This document shows, in pieces, positions 22,201 to 33,957 of a stretch of 39,926 nucleotides of DNA. Position 1 is the first letter of the stretch. Every line of letters starts with the position of its first letter. The notes under the pieces were generated by a model. It was given only the letters and a program-made list of their open reading frames with translations. It made no database searches and was not told where the DNA came from. The translations under genes were made by a program, and so were the position numbers. This DNA is from Rotaria magnacalcarata (Eukaryota), in assembly GCA_965140935.1 (NCBI GenBank), contig CBCSLL010001219.1:1-39926 (forward strand), in the 5' to 3' direction.

Positions 22201-24696
22201 ATCAACAATTTGAGCACGAATATGAAATGATTTAAGTGGTACAAGGTCTCTCGATGATGAACATATCAAACCATAGTCTTGTTCGGCTACTTCAATGATT
22301 TCATCCTCCATCGTTAATGGAACTTCAGCTAGAATATTTTGAGAAAAATTTAGTCAATTGTTTATTCCAACAAGAAATCATAGCTTATCATTACCGTGCT
22401 CACTTAATTTCAATGCATGTTCTTGATGGTGAACAATAGGTAATCGTTCTAAAGTGATACTGAGAGCATCAATCGGCGACCATGAAACTTCCACAACATA
22501 AAGTAAACGTTGTTGTTCAACTTGATAGATGGCATATTCATTATCCTATTTCGATCGAACACAAAGTAGATTTGTGAAATAGTATCATAATTAATAAATC
22601 CTTCTAGCATTTCACTTACAGTGAACTTTGATTGATTTTCTTCTGTTTGTTTGACTCCATGTGTACTATGAAAACCATCAGGAGGTTTGGTGAGAGTCGG
22701 CGAAAACAAATAATAATTGGCTGATTCACCAAGTGCTACTTGACAAATGCATAACAAACGACGACCTGGCCGTATTCTACTTGCTGTCGTATATTTCAAA
22801 GACGTCGAAGCAGAATCTGAAAAATAGATCCCATAACCGAGACAACCCACGTCAGTACGTTCAACGCCCAATTGCTCCACTACAATTTTAGGCATGACTA
22901 AACCACTAAACGTACGCACAACCGCCATATAAATGTTGTCTAGAGAACGAAATGAGTATTTTACCGTGAAAGAATCCCAAGAAAATTGACATATTTCGAT
23001 CCATGAAACAGCTGCCATTGGTGGGAGAGTGTTGTACGAAAATTGAGTGCATCTGTCTGTCTAGTCACACTGAATATGTTGTGAATTAAAATTTCTTCAC
23101 CACTAATAAACAAAAAACAATCATTATGAAATAGAATGTTAAATTCTCTCGCCTATTAGTCGACGACTGAATGAGCTTAGCAATATTCTTAAAGTCGAAT
23201 GTTGAACTCGCTACTGTTTCAATATGACATTTCAATGCTCGATATTTAGCTTCGATTGGTGCTTTAACATTCCAATTGGTCAGTTCGTTGACTGTATGCA
23301 TATCTCGAAGCATCTGAACGGGGAAAAGATCAAGTAAAACAATTTAAAACAAGATTGACATACCTGACATAGGTCTATTTTTTCGATCAACGCTCGATGA
23401 TTCTTGATTAGATCAATATTGTACTCTGGTCGATGTGGTATAAGTGAATAGAAACGAAGTGCAGCAGCAGGATTGTTGGTCGCTTTGAGTTCGAGTAGTG
23501 CAGCTTCGGCCTCAATGATCTATTTGGATGTTTAGAACACACAGTAATATGAAAGTGTACACATACTGTTTTGAGAGTAATCGATTCAGGTGATATGCTC
23601 AAAATTTTATTCAGATCACCAATCGATTCTAGCCAAATCGATTCAATCAATTGACATACATTTTCATCGAGTATTTGTGTGTCGATACGTTGTGTAAATA
23701 AAGACTAGAAACAATTTCTTTTATGTGTAAAAACTAAATTATATTCTTTTATCAATGTCATTTGCATACACGTAATAATAATTTTGATCCTAATTTGTTA
23801 GGTAACATCTCACTAATTCGTGTTATACGTGGCATTGCAGCCACACGATAATAGTACGACGCAAACAACTGTTGTTGTTCGTTTGGATCATCACTGAATG
23901 CGTATTGTACCAATACTTTTTTATCGTGTTGTGAAACTTCGTCGGTAATAGTCTGTTTTTCATATCGAAATCGTAGTTGATAATCACTCGTTGTTCGATC
24001 ATAGTACTCTTCGGGAATAACTTGAAGTTCAAGAACAAAAAATACACTTGAATTATCATTGGTTTCCTGTTATGAACAATAGAAATATAAGAGAATAACA
24101 GCTAGAAATGAATACAAATCTACTTTGAAAATCGCCCATCTGCCAAGCTCACAATGTGCCAGCTCATCGAAACGAGGCAAATTTACATCGTCCGAATTCC
24201 ACAGTTTGATTTTAGTCAAATCAAATCTATTGGTTTTAGTCACGTTTGTTCGAGTTTCTAATGAACATCTAATACCTCCCATGGAAATAGTGCCAGTTTT
24301 TACAAAATTTTCTTGGTCTTCTGCTGACTTGATAATAAATTTGCTAATATCAATAGGTGTTTGACCAGGTCGCAAACAACGACATTTGTGTACATATTCA
24401 ACATTCACTACCGGTAAGCCAAGCCGTTTGGCACGACGTATTTTGTAGCTATCTACATTAGTCGTAGTTAGAACATAATCAGTCTAAAAGAAAGGTAACT
24501 CCAACCACATGTTTGATGAAATAACACGCGAACATACACTGGCTGTCAAAATATACGAAATATGTGCTTGCTGTTCTCGTAAATAATTGATCAATTCTTG
24601 CTTAGCTTTGAAACCTATTTCATGGCCAAGTTCGAGTACAATGTTTTTGCCATTGAATGGTGATAATAATGAAGTAGAGGTAGTAGCTGGTTTCAT
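19288..24696 (-). CDS. multi-exon PARP4-like (vault poly-ADP-ribose polymerase-like) gene: BRCT-like N-terminus, PARP catalytic domain, VIT, VWA, and a long C-terminal region
   Basis: All domains are collinear on the minus strand; see the sub-features. Exon/intron boundaries are not fully resolved. Confidence 0.75.
19772..20570 (-). CDS. PARP4-like gene, VWA C-terminal half and post-VWA region
   Basis: RQIVLLSDGHI (TDG-type MIDAS motif) ... ANGGGLTIVFDS. Then LSIKHSVVSKYTSFVAIEER, typical of VIT-VWA proteins. Confidence 0.7.
21116..22144 (-). CDS. PARP4-like gene, VIT domain plus start of VWA domain
   Basis: VIT: SSIPIEAKYVFPLDENSTVCGFEAHINNKVIKGVVKEKEQAKREYREAIEKGHGAYL. VWA MIDAS: EIIFIVDLSNSMDG. 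The VIT start exon (VPLKSFHIRAQIVDVTVE) is at 22200-22330. Confidence 0.85.
   Translation of the reverse strand: MFLSNEKVVLYQVYHNTSSIPIEAKYVFPLDENSTVCGFEAHINNKVIKGVVKEKEQAKREYREAIEKGHGAYLMHQEEAQVFSVAVGNLPAHTEVIIKIIYVAELEIENDDIIFRLPTKMTSWQSKKAVETKDQSILRSIGIVDEKVEFSFKASIRMPYKITKLFSPTHHLRRKVTDCIAMIELVDNVLIDQDFILSITLNSPNLPRIANETLPLDDNSETTDTSNSHQSQTCMLTFYPRFETLTTSKEQVEIIFIVDLSNSMDGSHVQQAKQLAHLFLTNLKVEDENTYFNVITFGSGNKMIFYSVIAHSKHYNSFKISFDFDEISHTESSHQYFEQVRG
22449..23018 (-). CDS. PARP4-like gene, PARP catalytic-domain exon
   Basis: GYGIYFSDSASTSLKYT...RRLLCICQVALGESANYYLF...DGFHSTHGVKQTE...INYDTISQIYFVFD aligns with the PARP signature GKGIYFAD..SKSANYC...LLLGEVALG...NEYIVYD. The upstream alpha-helical regulatory region is at 23086-23650 (ALRFYSLIPHRPEY). 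Confidence 0.8.
   Translation of the reverse strand: MAAVSWIEICQFSWDSFTVKYSFRSLDNIYMAVVRTFSGLVMPKIVVEQLGVERTDVGCLGYGIYFSDSASTSLKYTTASRIRPGRRLLCICQVALGESANYYLFSPTLTKPPDGFHSTHGVKQTEENQSKFTVSEMLEGFINYDTISQIYFVFDRNRIMNMPSIKLNNNVYFMLWKFHGRRLMLSVSL
24484..24696 (-). CDS. PARP4-like gene, N-terminal BRCT-like exon
   Basis: SPFNGKNIVLELGHEIGFKAKQELINYLREQQAHISYILTA has a BRCT-like pattern. Weak. Confidence 0.45.
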   Translation of the reverse strand: MKPATTSTSLLSPFNGKNIVLELGHEIGFKAKQELINYLREQQAHISYILTASVCSRVISSNMWLELPFF

Positions 24697-25122
24697 CTGA
24701 AAATAATCAATGATTTATGAATCAATCTACGAACGTATCCATTTTATATGATCGATTTTCAATAGAATCGTGTGATAACTAATGTGGTTACGCGTTACTT
24801 CATGCAAAGGAAAAGAGAAAAAAACAAGGAGTAGACAAATGTTGTTCATATATTTCTTTTCAGTTCTGCACGTTGAGTTATTGCACAAGCTGCTGAAATA
24901 GTCGGTATACCATGGAAATTTTCATACTTCATGAAGCTCAACATTAATGCATTTTATTATGAACGTCGTCGCTAATTGTCCCATATCATGAAAACCAGAA
25001 GAATGTGAATCTTAATGTAGCGCTTAAACAACTATAAAGATATAGTTGTTAGGTGGCCATGAAAATAAAAGGTTTTCAGAAAACATTTTCTTCTTTCAAA
25101 CTTTGTAGAGCTCTCTTTGTCG

Positions 25123-25136
25123 AGGGTGTGGGTGAA
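25123..25136. repeat. short G-strand telomere-like tract
   Basis: gagggtgtgggtg. Confidence 0.4.
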
Positions 25137-26797
25137 AGATTATCTATCCATGCTACCAGTGACGGAGCCAGGATTTTAGTCTAGGGCGGCTGAGCCGTCA
25201 TCTATTGTGTCGTACTACATTTTTTTTCTCAATATTTTGATTTTCTCATTAGGATGAGTTGCAAAATTTTTCACTATTATTATATCGGATAGTGCAGTGA
25301 AATTGCAACAAATCGATGCATGTTCCTAATGCCGAAAAAAGAAAAAAATCAGCCAAAACTCAAAAAGTTTTTATAACTTGACTGCTGTTGTTCGTCGACT
25401 ATTACTCATATCTGAAGAGATTTTTGAAAAATGTGTTTTTGTCTTATCCAAAAGTGTATTAACGCGCGGTCGGAAATTTTTCAATCGAAATGATCTTTTT
25501 CACTTTTAATTGGACGGAAAGTATTTTCGACTTGCTTAAAACTATTATTAGTTACTATCAAAAGTTGGTACCTGTTTTGGAAATTGACCTAGAATTCAGT
25601 TTTTCTTCGAAAGTAATCAGTGAAATATTCTTCAGAAAAGCAAACAAATAGGTGAAGATGGAAAAATTTTCCGTTCATTTTTGTATTTTGGTTTGCAATT
25701 CAAAATTTGTTCTTATCAAAGCTCATTTCTGTAAAATCGACTTTTCAACAAAATCATTTTACGTTAAGAGGAGCTCTTAATAAATGCGTTTAGAATTAAT
25801 TGAGTTAAAGCTAGTTTAAATCAATACCCCGTTTTTTGTCGGGAAGTATCCGCTCAAGAAAATCACGCACTACGACCATTCTTAACATCTTTTGAAAAAA
25901 ATATACACAACATTTATAAGATCATCTTCGAAAATGCGCAAAACTTTAGCCATAGAATAACTTTTGACTCGTCTGAAATGCCTTCTAGTTGAGTGGTAAT
26001 GAACAAAACCGTTTCTTAAAATCTTCCAATCATTAGTTATGTGTTCGAAAGATAGATTATAACCTTTAAAACCTGATTGGAAATTAGAATTAAAGTATTT
26101 TATTTTCTTACGGAACAGCTACGAACCTCACCCAATAAATAAAGCATTAAAATATTCAATTGCAAAGACTTATACATCTTTTTATAACAAAAAGTTCATC
26201 CTTCAAAAATTTGGCTAGGAATGGGGGGCTCAGTCCCCCTAACCCCTCCCTTTACCCGCTACTGCATGCTGTGTATTTTAGAAATAAATATTTTAAAATC
26301 ACTTTGATATGAACGAAACTTAATACATTTTCGAGTGTTGCACTTCGTTTTTGTTCTTGTTTTTCAAAAACGTGTGTATTCATTCATGTAATATAGACTT
26401 TATGTTTGCTGGTGACTTAAATAATGAAAATCTTATTTATTATTCGATGGAGATTTGCCGTCAGTGACAACATAGATACATGAAAGCAGCAACTATGTAA
26501 TTAAATGTATGCTTTTTTTATAGCACAACTTTATACGTCGTGTAAAAGCATGTTTTTGTTTTATGAATCGTTCTTATCTTTATTGCAATTGTGACATGAT
26601 AGTTTTTCTTCTTGTCAACATTATACTTTAAGCTTTTGTGGTGATAATGTATTTGCCTTATTTATTTCAATTGTTTTTAGCCAATAGGATGATGGACCGT
26701 TGTTTTTCTATTATGTACTTAGGAGTTAACGATTCATGTCATCCGATCTACAACATATAACATTTGATTATTCTGTCTCTTGCGATTATATTTCTAT

Positions 26798-27062
26798 ATG
26801 AAACACATTATTGATTTCAATTTTAGAAATATAAGTGAAGATTCACATCTCATGGACTTGGAAAGCCAGGAAGAAAGCTCGATTGCCAAAGAAATTAATG
26901 ACAGTAGCAAGAATACTAGAGGTAAAAAGATTTTTATTCCGGCGACTGGCACTCTAGGAGATGTGAAACCTTTTATGATACTTGCCGAAGAACTTAAAAA
27001 ACGTGGACATATCGTATGGCTTGGTGTACATCGACGTTATCAAGACATAGTAAAAGCTGCTG
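26798..27062 (+). CDS. GT1-family UDP-glycosyltransferase, exon 1
   Basis: N-terminal GT-B motif KKIFIPATGTLGDVKPFMILAEELKKRGHIVWL...IVKAAG. First ATG at 26798; an alternative ATG at 26852 (MDLESQ). Donor GGTAAGT at 27063. Confidence 0.8.
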
Positions 27063-27208
27063 GTAAGTACTATCAATCTTAAATCCAACAATCGCTTGAT
27101 ACTTTCCCATATTATCATTGTATCATCGCACAATATAAATCTAAATCTAATATTGAAGAGTTCTTTCATTAATATTTCCATGATATCACCTTCTATTTGT
27201 TTATTCAG

Positions 27209-28380
27209 GTTTCGATGTAGTTGAAATCGGTGGTGACCTAGAACATTTTTTATCGACAAGCCCAGAAGGAATCGAGCTCCGACGGAATCCAAGTATTTTA
27301 AAAATGGGATTAGTAAAACGTATATTTCAACCAGTGATTGAAGAATGGTTTAATGGAATTCTGTCTGGTGTAAAAGACGCTGATTTAATTGTTCTAACAG
27401 TTGCATCTATTTTCCCTGGATTAAGTTGTATTGAGAAATTTCCTAATATTAAAGCAATTGGAATCTACACATTCCCAGTGATACGAACAGTTCATTTTTC
27501 GCCGCCTGGTTTAGGTGGGAAAAGTGGTAGTTTGTTCAAGTGGGCCAATTTATTGAAATGGAAAATAGTCGACTATGCTATGTCAAGCATCTATAATGAT
27601 AAACTCAATGAACTTCGTGCCACTAATGATTTACCACCAATGAAATTAAATTATGAACGTATGACTCAATTCCTGTTTCGTAAGCCATTGGTATCTGCAA
27701 CGATCTATTCCAAATATTTAATACCATGTCCATCCGATTGGCACGAAAATGATCATATGGTCGGTCCAATACTTGAAAAAGAAAATGAGAATTTTCAACC
27801 GCCAACTCCTATTCTTGACTTCTTGACCAAATGGAAAAACGAGAAGATTATCTATGTTGGTCTTGGATCAATGATGGGTACCATGTTTGGAGCAGATGAA
27901 CAAATGGAATTTATACGCAAAATTTTATTGGCTCTTGATAGAAATAATTGTAAAGCAGTTATGTCATTAGTTGGATTTAAAAGCGCAGATGCCAGTACGT
28001 TATCCACAGCTGATAATATATTTTATTTGACACATGCCATTCCACATTCTTGGTTATTTATTTATATGTCAGCAACAATTCATCATGGTGGTGCCGGTAC
28101 TACACATGCAAGTCTTTGGTATGGATTGCCTACATTAGTATTATCTTTTGGAGCCGATCAACCATTTAACGGTGATCGAATATTTATCAATAGATTAGGA
28201 CCAAGATCTATTTCCATACGTCACACCAATGTGAAGAATTTAACTAATGCAATTCGTGATCTTATGATTGACAATTATAACATTTATAAAACCAGTGCTA
28301 AAAAGATTAGCGAATTAATTAAAAATGAAGATGGACTTAGTCATTGTGTTCGTCTTATAGAAGCAGAACTAGCAGAATAA
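27209..28380 (+). CDS. GT1-family UDP-glycosyltransferase, exon 2 (sterol 3-beta-glucosyltransferase / bacterial MGT-like)
   Basis: 146-nt intron 27063-27208 (gtaagt...ttattcag) joins in phase: ...KAAG|FDVVEIGGD. C-terminal donor-binding signature SATIHHGGAGTTHASLWYGLPTLVLSFGADQPFNGDRI is the HHGGAGT...DQ motif of UGT51/UGT80 sterol glucosyltransferases and bacterial macrolide-type GT1. It is not the animal UGT HCGANG signature. Confidence 0.85.
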
Positions 28381-28879
28381 CGTTTACCTTGTCAAGATTT
28401 TTTCAGAGATATTTTTTTATTGAATTGTTTCCTATTGGATTTGATATGCCACGGATATGGTATAGTTTGATCGCTTTGAAAATCGAAATATCGACTGTGT
28501 CGTCAATAAAAGGGATCGTATATATTCGAATCAAATGAAAAATTTCACTGACAAACTAACAAGGTTAAATTGTAGTTAAGTATGCAAAAATCCACGAGTT
28601 CTCACAGATTATATGAACATGTAGTCATAATCGAGTTACTTATACACTCGAAATATTAGACTTTTAAAAGTTTGCATGAGAAAAATATCACACATACAAT
28701 ATTCCACCACCTGATGACAATCAGGAATTATGAAACTTGATATGTACCCATAATGACGATTTTGTTGCATTTAAGATCAACTACAATAACATATATAGCA
28801 GTTCATAACTTTACAAATACTGAACTGCGAGTAACATAAAAATCGAATATCTCCTTCTTGACAAGCCAGCGGCCGTTAG

Positions 28880-28930
28880 AGGGTGTGCGTATGCGTGTTG
28901 TGTTTACTAACACTTACTCCCACACCCATC
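28880..28930. repeat. telomere-repeat-like hairpin 0.5 kb downstream of the glycosyltransferase
   Basis: agggtgtgcgtatgcgtgttgtgtt ... ctcccacacccatc. Confidence 0.65.
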
Positions 28931-29138
28931 ATTGACGCTTAAATCTATTGGTACTTTTAGGTCTCTTTTTTCTGGCAAATTGATAGTATGTTTCTTAGTC
29001 ATAAGCAACACTAGCTGATCCTACAATTTTAAATAAACAAAATGCCATCTCTTAAGAAGTAAAAGGAAATAAAATTTAAAATTGAAGACTCGCATTTATT
29101 TTCTTATTAATTAGCCTGTGTTACTCGTAATAATATGT

Positions 29139-29142
<4 letters not shown>

Positions 29143-29170
<28 letters not shown>
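29143..29170. repeat. (CT)n microsatellite
   Basis: ctctctctctctctctctctctctctct read directly. Confidence 0.9.
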
Positions 29171-30134
29171 CCACAACCGGTTCCATCTCATAACTATGAT
29201 AGAGGGATAAAGATGGTCGTCTTATGTCAGGAGATGTCTCTACTAACATAACATTTCCCCCTCCAACAAAAAGTTACAAAGTAACGATAAAATACGAGAT
29301 TGAAATGATTCAAACACTATGAGAAGAAGAAAAAAAACGACAAGAACATAGTAAGAGTAAAAAGAACGAAAAACTTTAAATAGTTCATATTGTTCACTAG
29401 AAACAATATGCGAGATGATTACAAAGAGAACAGCTGATGATAAAGTAATTCAAATACGATGAAGAAAAATGTTTATGATACGATCTGATTGAGTGGTGGA
29501 TGTAGTGGCAATGGTGACTGATGAGGTGATGACAGAACTGACGAGTTGTGTTTGTGTAACGGTTGATTAATTACTGGATTTGGAGTGTGATAATAAGACG
29601 ATGTAATTGATGTTAAATCATTGATACGATTTCTAAGTCGTTTACCACGGCAAGCGATCTTTATGATCGACCAACAGTATCGATCAGCATAGACAAAAAG
29701 AATGACGAAAACCACAACACTAAGGATTATCTGTATCAGTAAGACATTGTGGGTCCAATTGCTAGGCGTACATGTTTTGTGTTCATCGAGATTTGTTTCT
29801 GTTCATTGTGATTATTATCATATTTTGTTTCGAATTGAACATTGACTTTGTCACCACAAAATAAAGTGTTGGTACATGATACATCGACGAATATGAAAAA
29901 AACGTGTAATGCAAGTATAATGAATGTATTGTAGTTGTCTGAGTGAGTAGTGATCAAATAGCTGCTGCGTGGTCATCAACAATAATAATTGGAAGTAATC
30001 ACCAACTAAGCCTTCAAAGGACTAAGTGAAATCAGGAAAAAAAACTGTTGTTTTATATCTATATTGGGCCATGTTTCGTCATCATTGTATGCTTTACTGA
30101 ATAGAACATTAATAAAGATGTAATCCATATGCGA

Positions 30135-30186
30135 AGGGTGTGGGTGTGTTAGAACAATTGTATCAATCACCCACACGCACACCCCA
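30135..30186. repeat. telomere-repeat-like hairpin
   Basis: agggtgtgggtgtgtt - spacer - cacccacacgcacacccc. Confidence 0.75.
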
Positions 30187-30192
30187 TGATCG

Positions 30193-30378
30193 GTAGATTA
30201 AGTTTGAGGGATTAATTTCGGGGATAGATATAGATAAGGTGATAGCTTAAGTTTGAGGGATTCATTTCGGGGATAGATATAGATAAGGTGATAGCTTAAG
30301 TTTGAGGGATTAATTTCGGGGATAGATATAGATAAGGTGATAGCTTAAGTTTAAGGGATTAAGTTAAGGGATAGGTTA
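30193..30378. repeat. minisatellite, ~3.7 copies of a 49-bp unit
   Basis: Unit gatagcttaagtttgagggattaatttcggggatagatatagataaggt, repeated with one or two substitutions per copy. Confidence 0.85.
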
Positions 30379-30924
30379 TCGGTTGAAATCGTGCAAGCGC
30401 AGATCAATTACATTGCAACTGTAATGAACTTCCAGGTACGAAATCATTTTCAGTGTGAATTGAAGATAGCTGGGTATGGAACCATACTTTTACAAAACCC
30501 AAAACCAAATGTCTATTTCATTGCAAATCTGTGAATCTTTATTAAGTTCTGTATGAACCTTTTTCCAGTGTAGATAAATTGTAGAACCTTAATAAAAATT
30601 CGACCTGATCCGGTTAGTTCCCTTTATTTTTATTGCATGATCCAATATAATCCCGTTGGATCCATTTGTCGGAACTAATCGGATCCAACGAGATCCTTTC
30701 CAAGTCAAATGTTCATCGAATTCCGGGTCACTGGATTTAGGGTTCATTACGACAGAATCCGATCGGATTGAGCCGAAAACCAACCATTTCCGACATTATC
30801 CAATATAGGATCGTATCCGATTCGACAAGATGCATTGGTCGGAACTCTCGCCATGAGTTAGTATTTGCTACTCCACTCCAAAAGCTCATTTCTCGAAGCA
30901 TGAGTATAAATCTTCCCCTCAATT

Positions 30925-30938
30925 ACACCCACACCCTA
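30925..30938. repeat. short C-strand telomere-like tract
   Basis: cacccacaccctaa. Confidence 0.4.
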
Positions 30939-31830
30939 ATGAACAGCTGTGAAAAAATAATGTCCGTTTTCTTCGCATTCTTTTCATCCAGCATTTTATA
31001 CAAAACAAAAAGAGAAAATACTGAAATTAGCACGAAATCAAAAGATAATATGGAAATAAATGATTAATATAAAGTACAACATTGATTTGTTTTTTGTGTC
31101 TAAAAAATCAAAAATAATATAAATAAATCAAGAATAGCTTCATACTGTTTTAAAAAATGCTTTAGACTGAATACTTAAATCCGTTGATATTCCTATTAAA
31201 TCATCAATTTTTTCACCACGACCATTTTAAATTAACCAATGTATTTATCTACAAATGAAACGTAAATATTTTCTTATTGAAACATTTTAAATGAAAACAA
31301 AACTGACAACAATGTCTGTGGTATCATCAAGATCTTTTTGAAGAGCCATTAATGGATCAGCTTTGTGTGGATTCTAAATTTAAATAAGATAAAAAAAATA
31401 ATTTATTAGTATATGTATATATCTTACCTGATATATCCTCAAAGACTCACTCAATGATGCCAATTTACCCGTTCTAATATAAGACAAATAGAATTAGATA
31501 TTGTTTTTCTTAAGAAATGACTTGAACCTACTGTTCTTCCATTTGTACCCATGTGGTGAATGGATATGTATTAGTAAAATCATTCATAACCTTAAATTAA
31601 AGAAAACGAAAGCTTGTTAGCGCAACCCCTTTGAGGCTAAAATATCTAAAAGACGCCTGTTCTATTTCCACGATGATCGATTGTGAGCAAACGCTGTCTT
31701 TTTTATTTCCACATTTCGAACAAAATATTTATTTTTTTAACGGGCGCTCTATTTTTCTTATTATGAACATCGAACTTACTTGGCTGAGAAGAGTATGTGA
31801 AACTCGTTGTGGATATTCGCTATCCGAAGC

Positions 31831-31915
31831 AATAACTGATGCAAGACCATCTGGACTAACGCTAGCATGAACTATAACTGATGCAAGATCATCTGGACGA
31901 ACACTAGTATTTTCG
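31831..31915. repeat. tandem duplication of a ~42-bp unit
   Basis: ataactgatgcaagaccatctggactaacgctagcatgaact followed by ataactgatgcaagatcatctggacgaacactagtatttt. Confidence 0.7.
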
Positions 31916-32716
31916 TTTTTCTTGCCATTAACGTTTTGATAAGCCTCGACAGACCGTCTTGTACCTAACGCTGTACGTTCGATAACTGTTCTTGCTGAAA
32001 AGACAAGTGATTCTCGTACACTAAAACGAACAAATAGTTGTCATGTCAAATGAAAGTAAATTATACTGAAATGAACCTCACATGCGCTGTTGAAAGTAAC
32101 CAATGCCTTCAAGGTTAAATTCACTTTGAAGTATTCTTACTTTTCTATCATCTTCCTTATGTAAAACAAATATTGCCAATAATTTCATTGTTTTGAAATT
32201 TTTCAATAAGACTGGTGAAAATCTCAGTGAAGTTATTAAAATTTAAAAGGATAAAGATTTAATGTGAATAATACTACATGAATATATATAAGAATCCTCG
32301 AAGACTCGTTAGTCATCAATGCGAATATCAATGAAACCTTTTTTTTTGTGACTCAACTTCGGATGATGTGGCAGCTAGAAACCAATCAAAGAGTAGCTAG
32401 ATGACATAAATATTGGTTTGTGAATAATAAGTAAGTACTTTTTACCAACATCGTTATTACTCACATTTACTCTGACGTTACACATATGCGAATCATTAAA
32501 AACTAAGGTTTTCTAAAAATTGAGCCGCCAATTTTATAAAATAGAAAATGAAATCAATTATGTCTTAAACAGATATTGTGTATTATTACCATTGCAAGGT
32601 TTATAGATGCAGAGTCTAAATCAGATCATATTTTACTTTTTACTAAGACTTATGGGTACGGATTTAGTGTAGGTCGGTACAAGTGTGGCTGTGACTGGAT
32701 GCAAGAGAAGAAAAGA

Positions 32717-32732
32717 AACACCCACACCCGCT
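32717..32732. repeat. short C-strand telomere-like tract
   Basis: aaacacccacacccgc. Confidence 0.4.
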
Positions 32733-32875
32733 ATATAGAATGTCAATGTCCTTTGGAAGCTGATATTGACGCATCGAAATGCATACGAAATTACCCGTTG
32801 GAGTCTAGTTTATTGATATTCTTAACGACATATTCGTTACTATGTACATAGTTTATCTATCCATAAAATGAAGAT

Positions 32876-32945
32876 ATGGATGTGGGTGTTTGTATTAAAT
32901 GATAAACAACTCGCACTCATACCTCGACCCTCACACCCACAACCA
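32876..32945. repeat. telomere-repeat-like hairpin
   Basis: atggatgtgggtgtttg ... ccctcacacccacaacc. Confidence 0.7.
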
Positions 32946-33083
32946 TATTATTCGATTTAATATTCGCTTTAATTGTTTGCAGAAAAGCAAAAGTCGAGAT
33001 CAGAAGATTGGTTTGTCTCTTCGTTAAAAGATCGATTGGCCTGTTCTATTATTTGATTTAGGCATATTCTAGAAAAGAATGAA

Positions 33084-33130
33084 GTGTGGGTGCGAGTAAA
33101 GAATCAGTTATCCATACCAACACACACATC
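33084..33130. repeat. telomere-repeat-like hairpin (degenerate)
   Basis: gtgtgggtgcgagt ... ccaacacacacatc. Confidence 0.55.
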
Positions 33131-33957
33131 TGCATTCATACGTACAACCGTCAAATCTGTGAGCTCCTGGAGTTCCATGAGTTCTGTAGAACAGTAAGCT
33201 TGTGAATTATTTGAAAGGTTATTGTTATTTTTCATTATTAGCCCTGCTGAAACTTGAGTTCTGAAATCATTTAGGCTTCAGCATTCGCAGAATTCGGTCA
33301 TTGTTGGAAAAAAAAGATGTACCTACTGAAAAAGCACCGAATACTCATATGTAATATCTTTCGTAGGAGTCTTTTTGGTGACAAAAATTATGAAACAGAC
33401 CTAATAAATCAACAGATTCCGGAGATAGTATGCCCGAACAACTGGGTCTCCAGTTAAGCATATTCTTGAAGTTTGCAGAAAGATGTCTAGTAGTCTCATA
33501 TTACTTCAACTCGTGAAAACCTCTCCAGGAAAACGTGTTTCACAAAATGTTCGGAAAGATATTGGTTACCGTCGTTATTCTCTTTGTCTTAGCGGATTTA
33601 TCGTAAATGCGCATATCTCGTTCGATTTTGTCAAATATTTGTTAATCGAAAGGAAGTTAAAGGGGTACTTTTGTTATCTTCCTACTTTTAAAAGAGAAAA
33701 AAGGGATTATTTATTGAGATTGGCGACTGATGCCGTATAAACCTTGTTTTTCATGAGACTTGCATAAAAAGAAAGCTGTTGTAGCACTATAAAAGTAAAT
33801 ATGATGCTTTCTTCGAGAAAAACATATATAAGTGAAGTGTGACATTTTAATAAAACGCATAATGCATATCACTTCGTATCCGTTCACAGTTTAAATATGT
33901 TCTATTGAAGCAGTTTTACTTTCATTATTTTCATTCTTATTATTTCGAAGCAACAAA

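Noticed and set aside
30580-30920. Possible MITE in the tccgatcggattg / ccaatata(a/g)... region
   Set aside because: Only short, imperfect direct and inverted similarities (tcggaact, ccaatata, gatccaac). No clear TIR pair or TSD could be defined.
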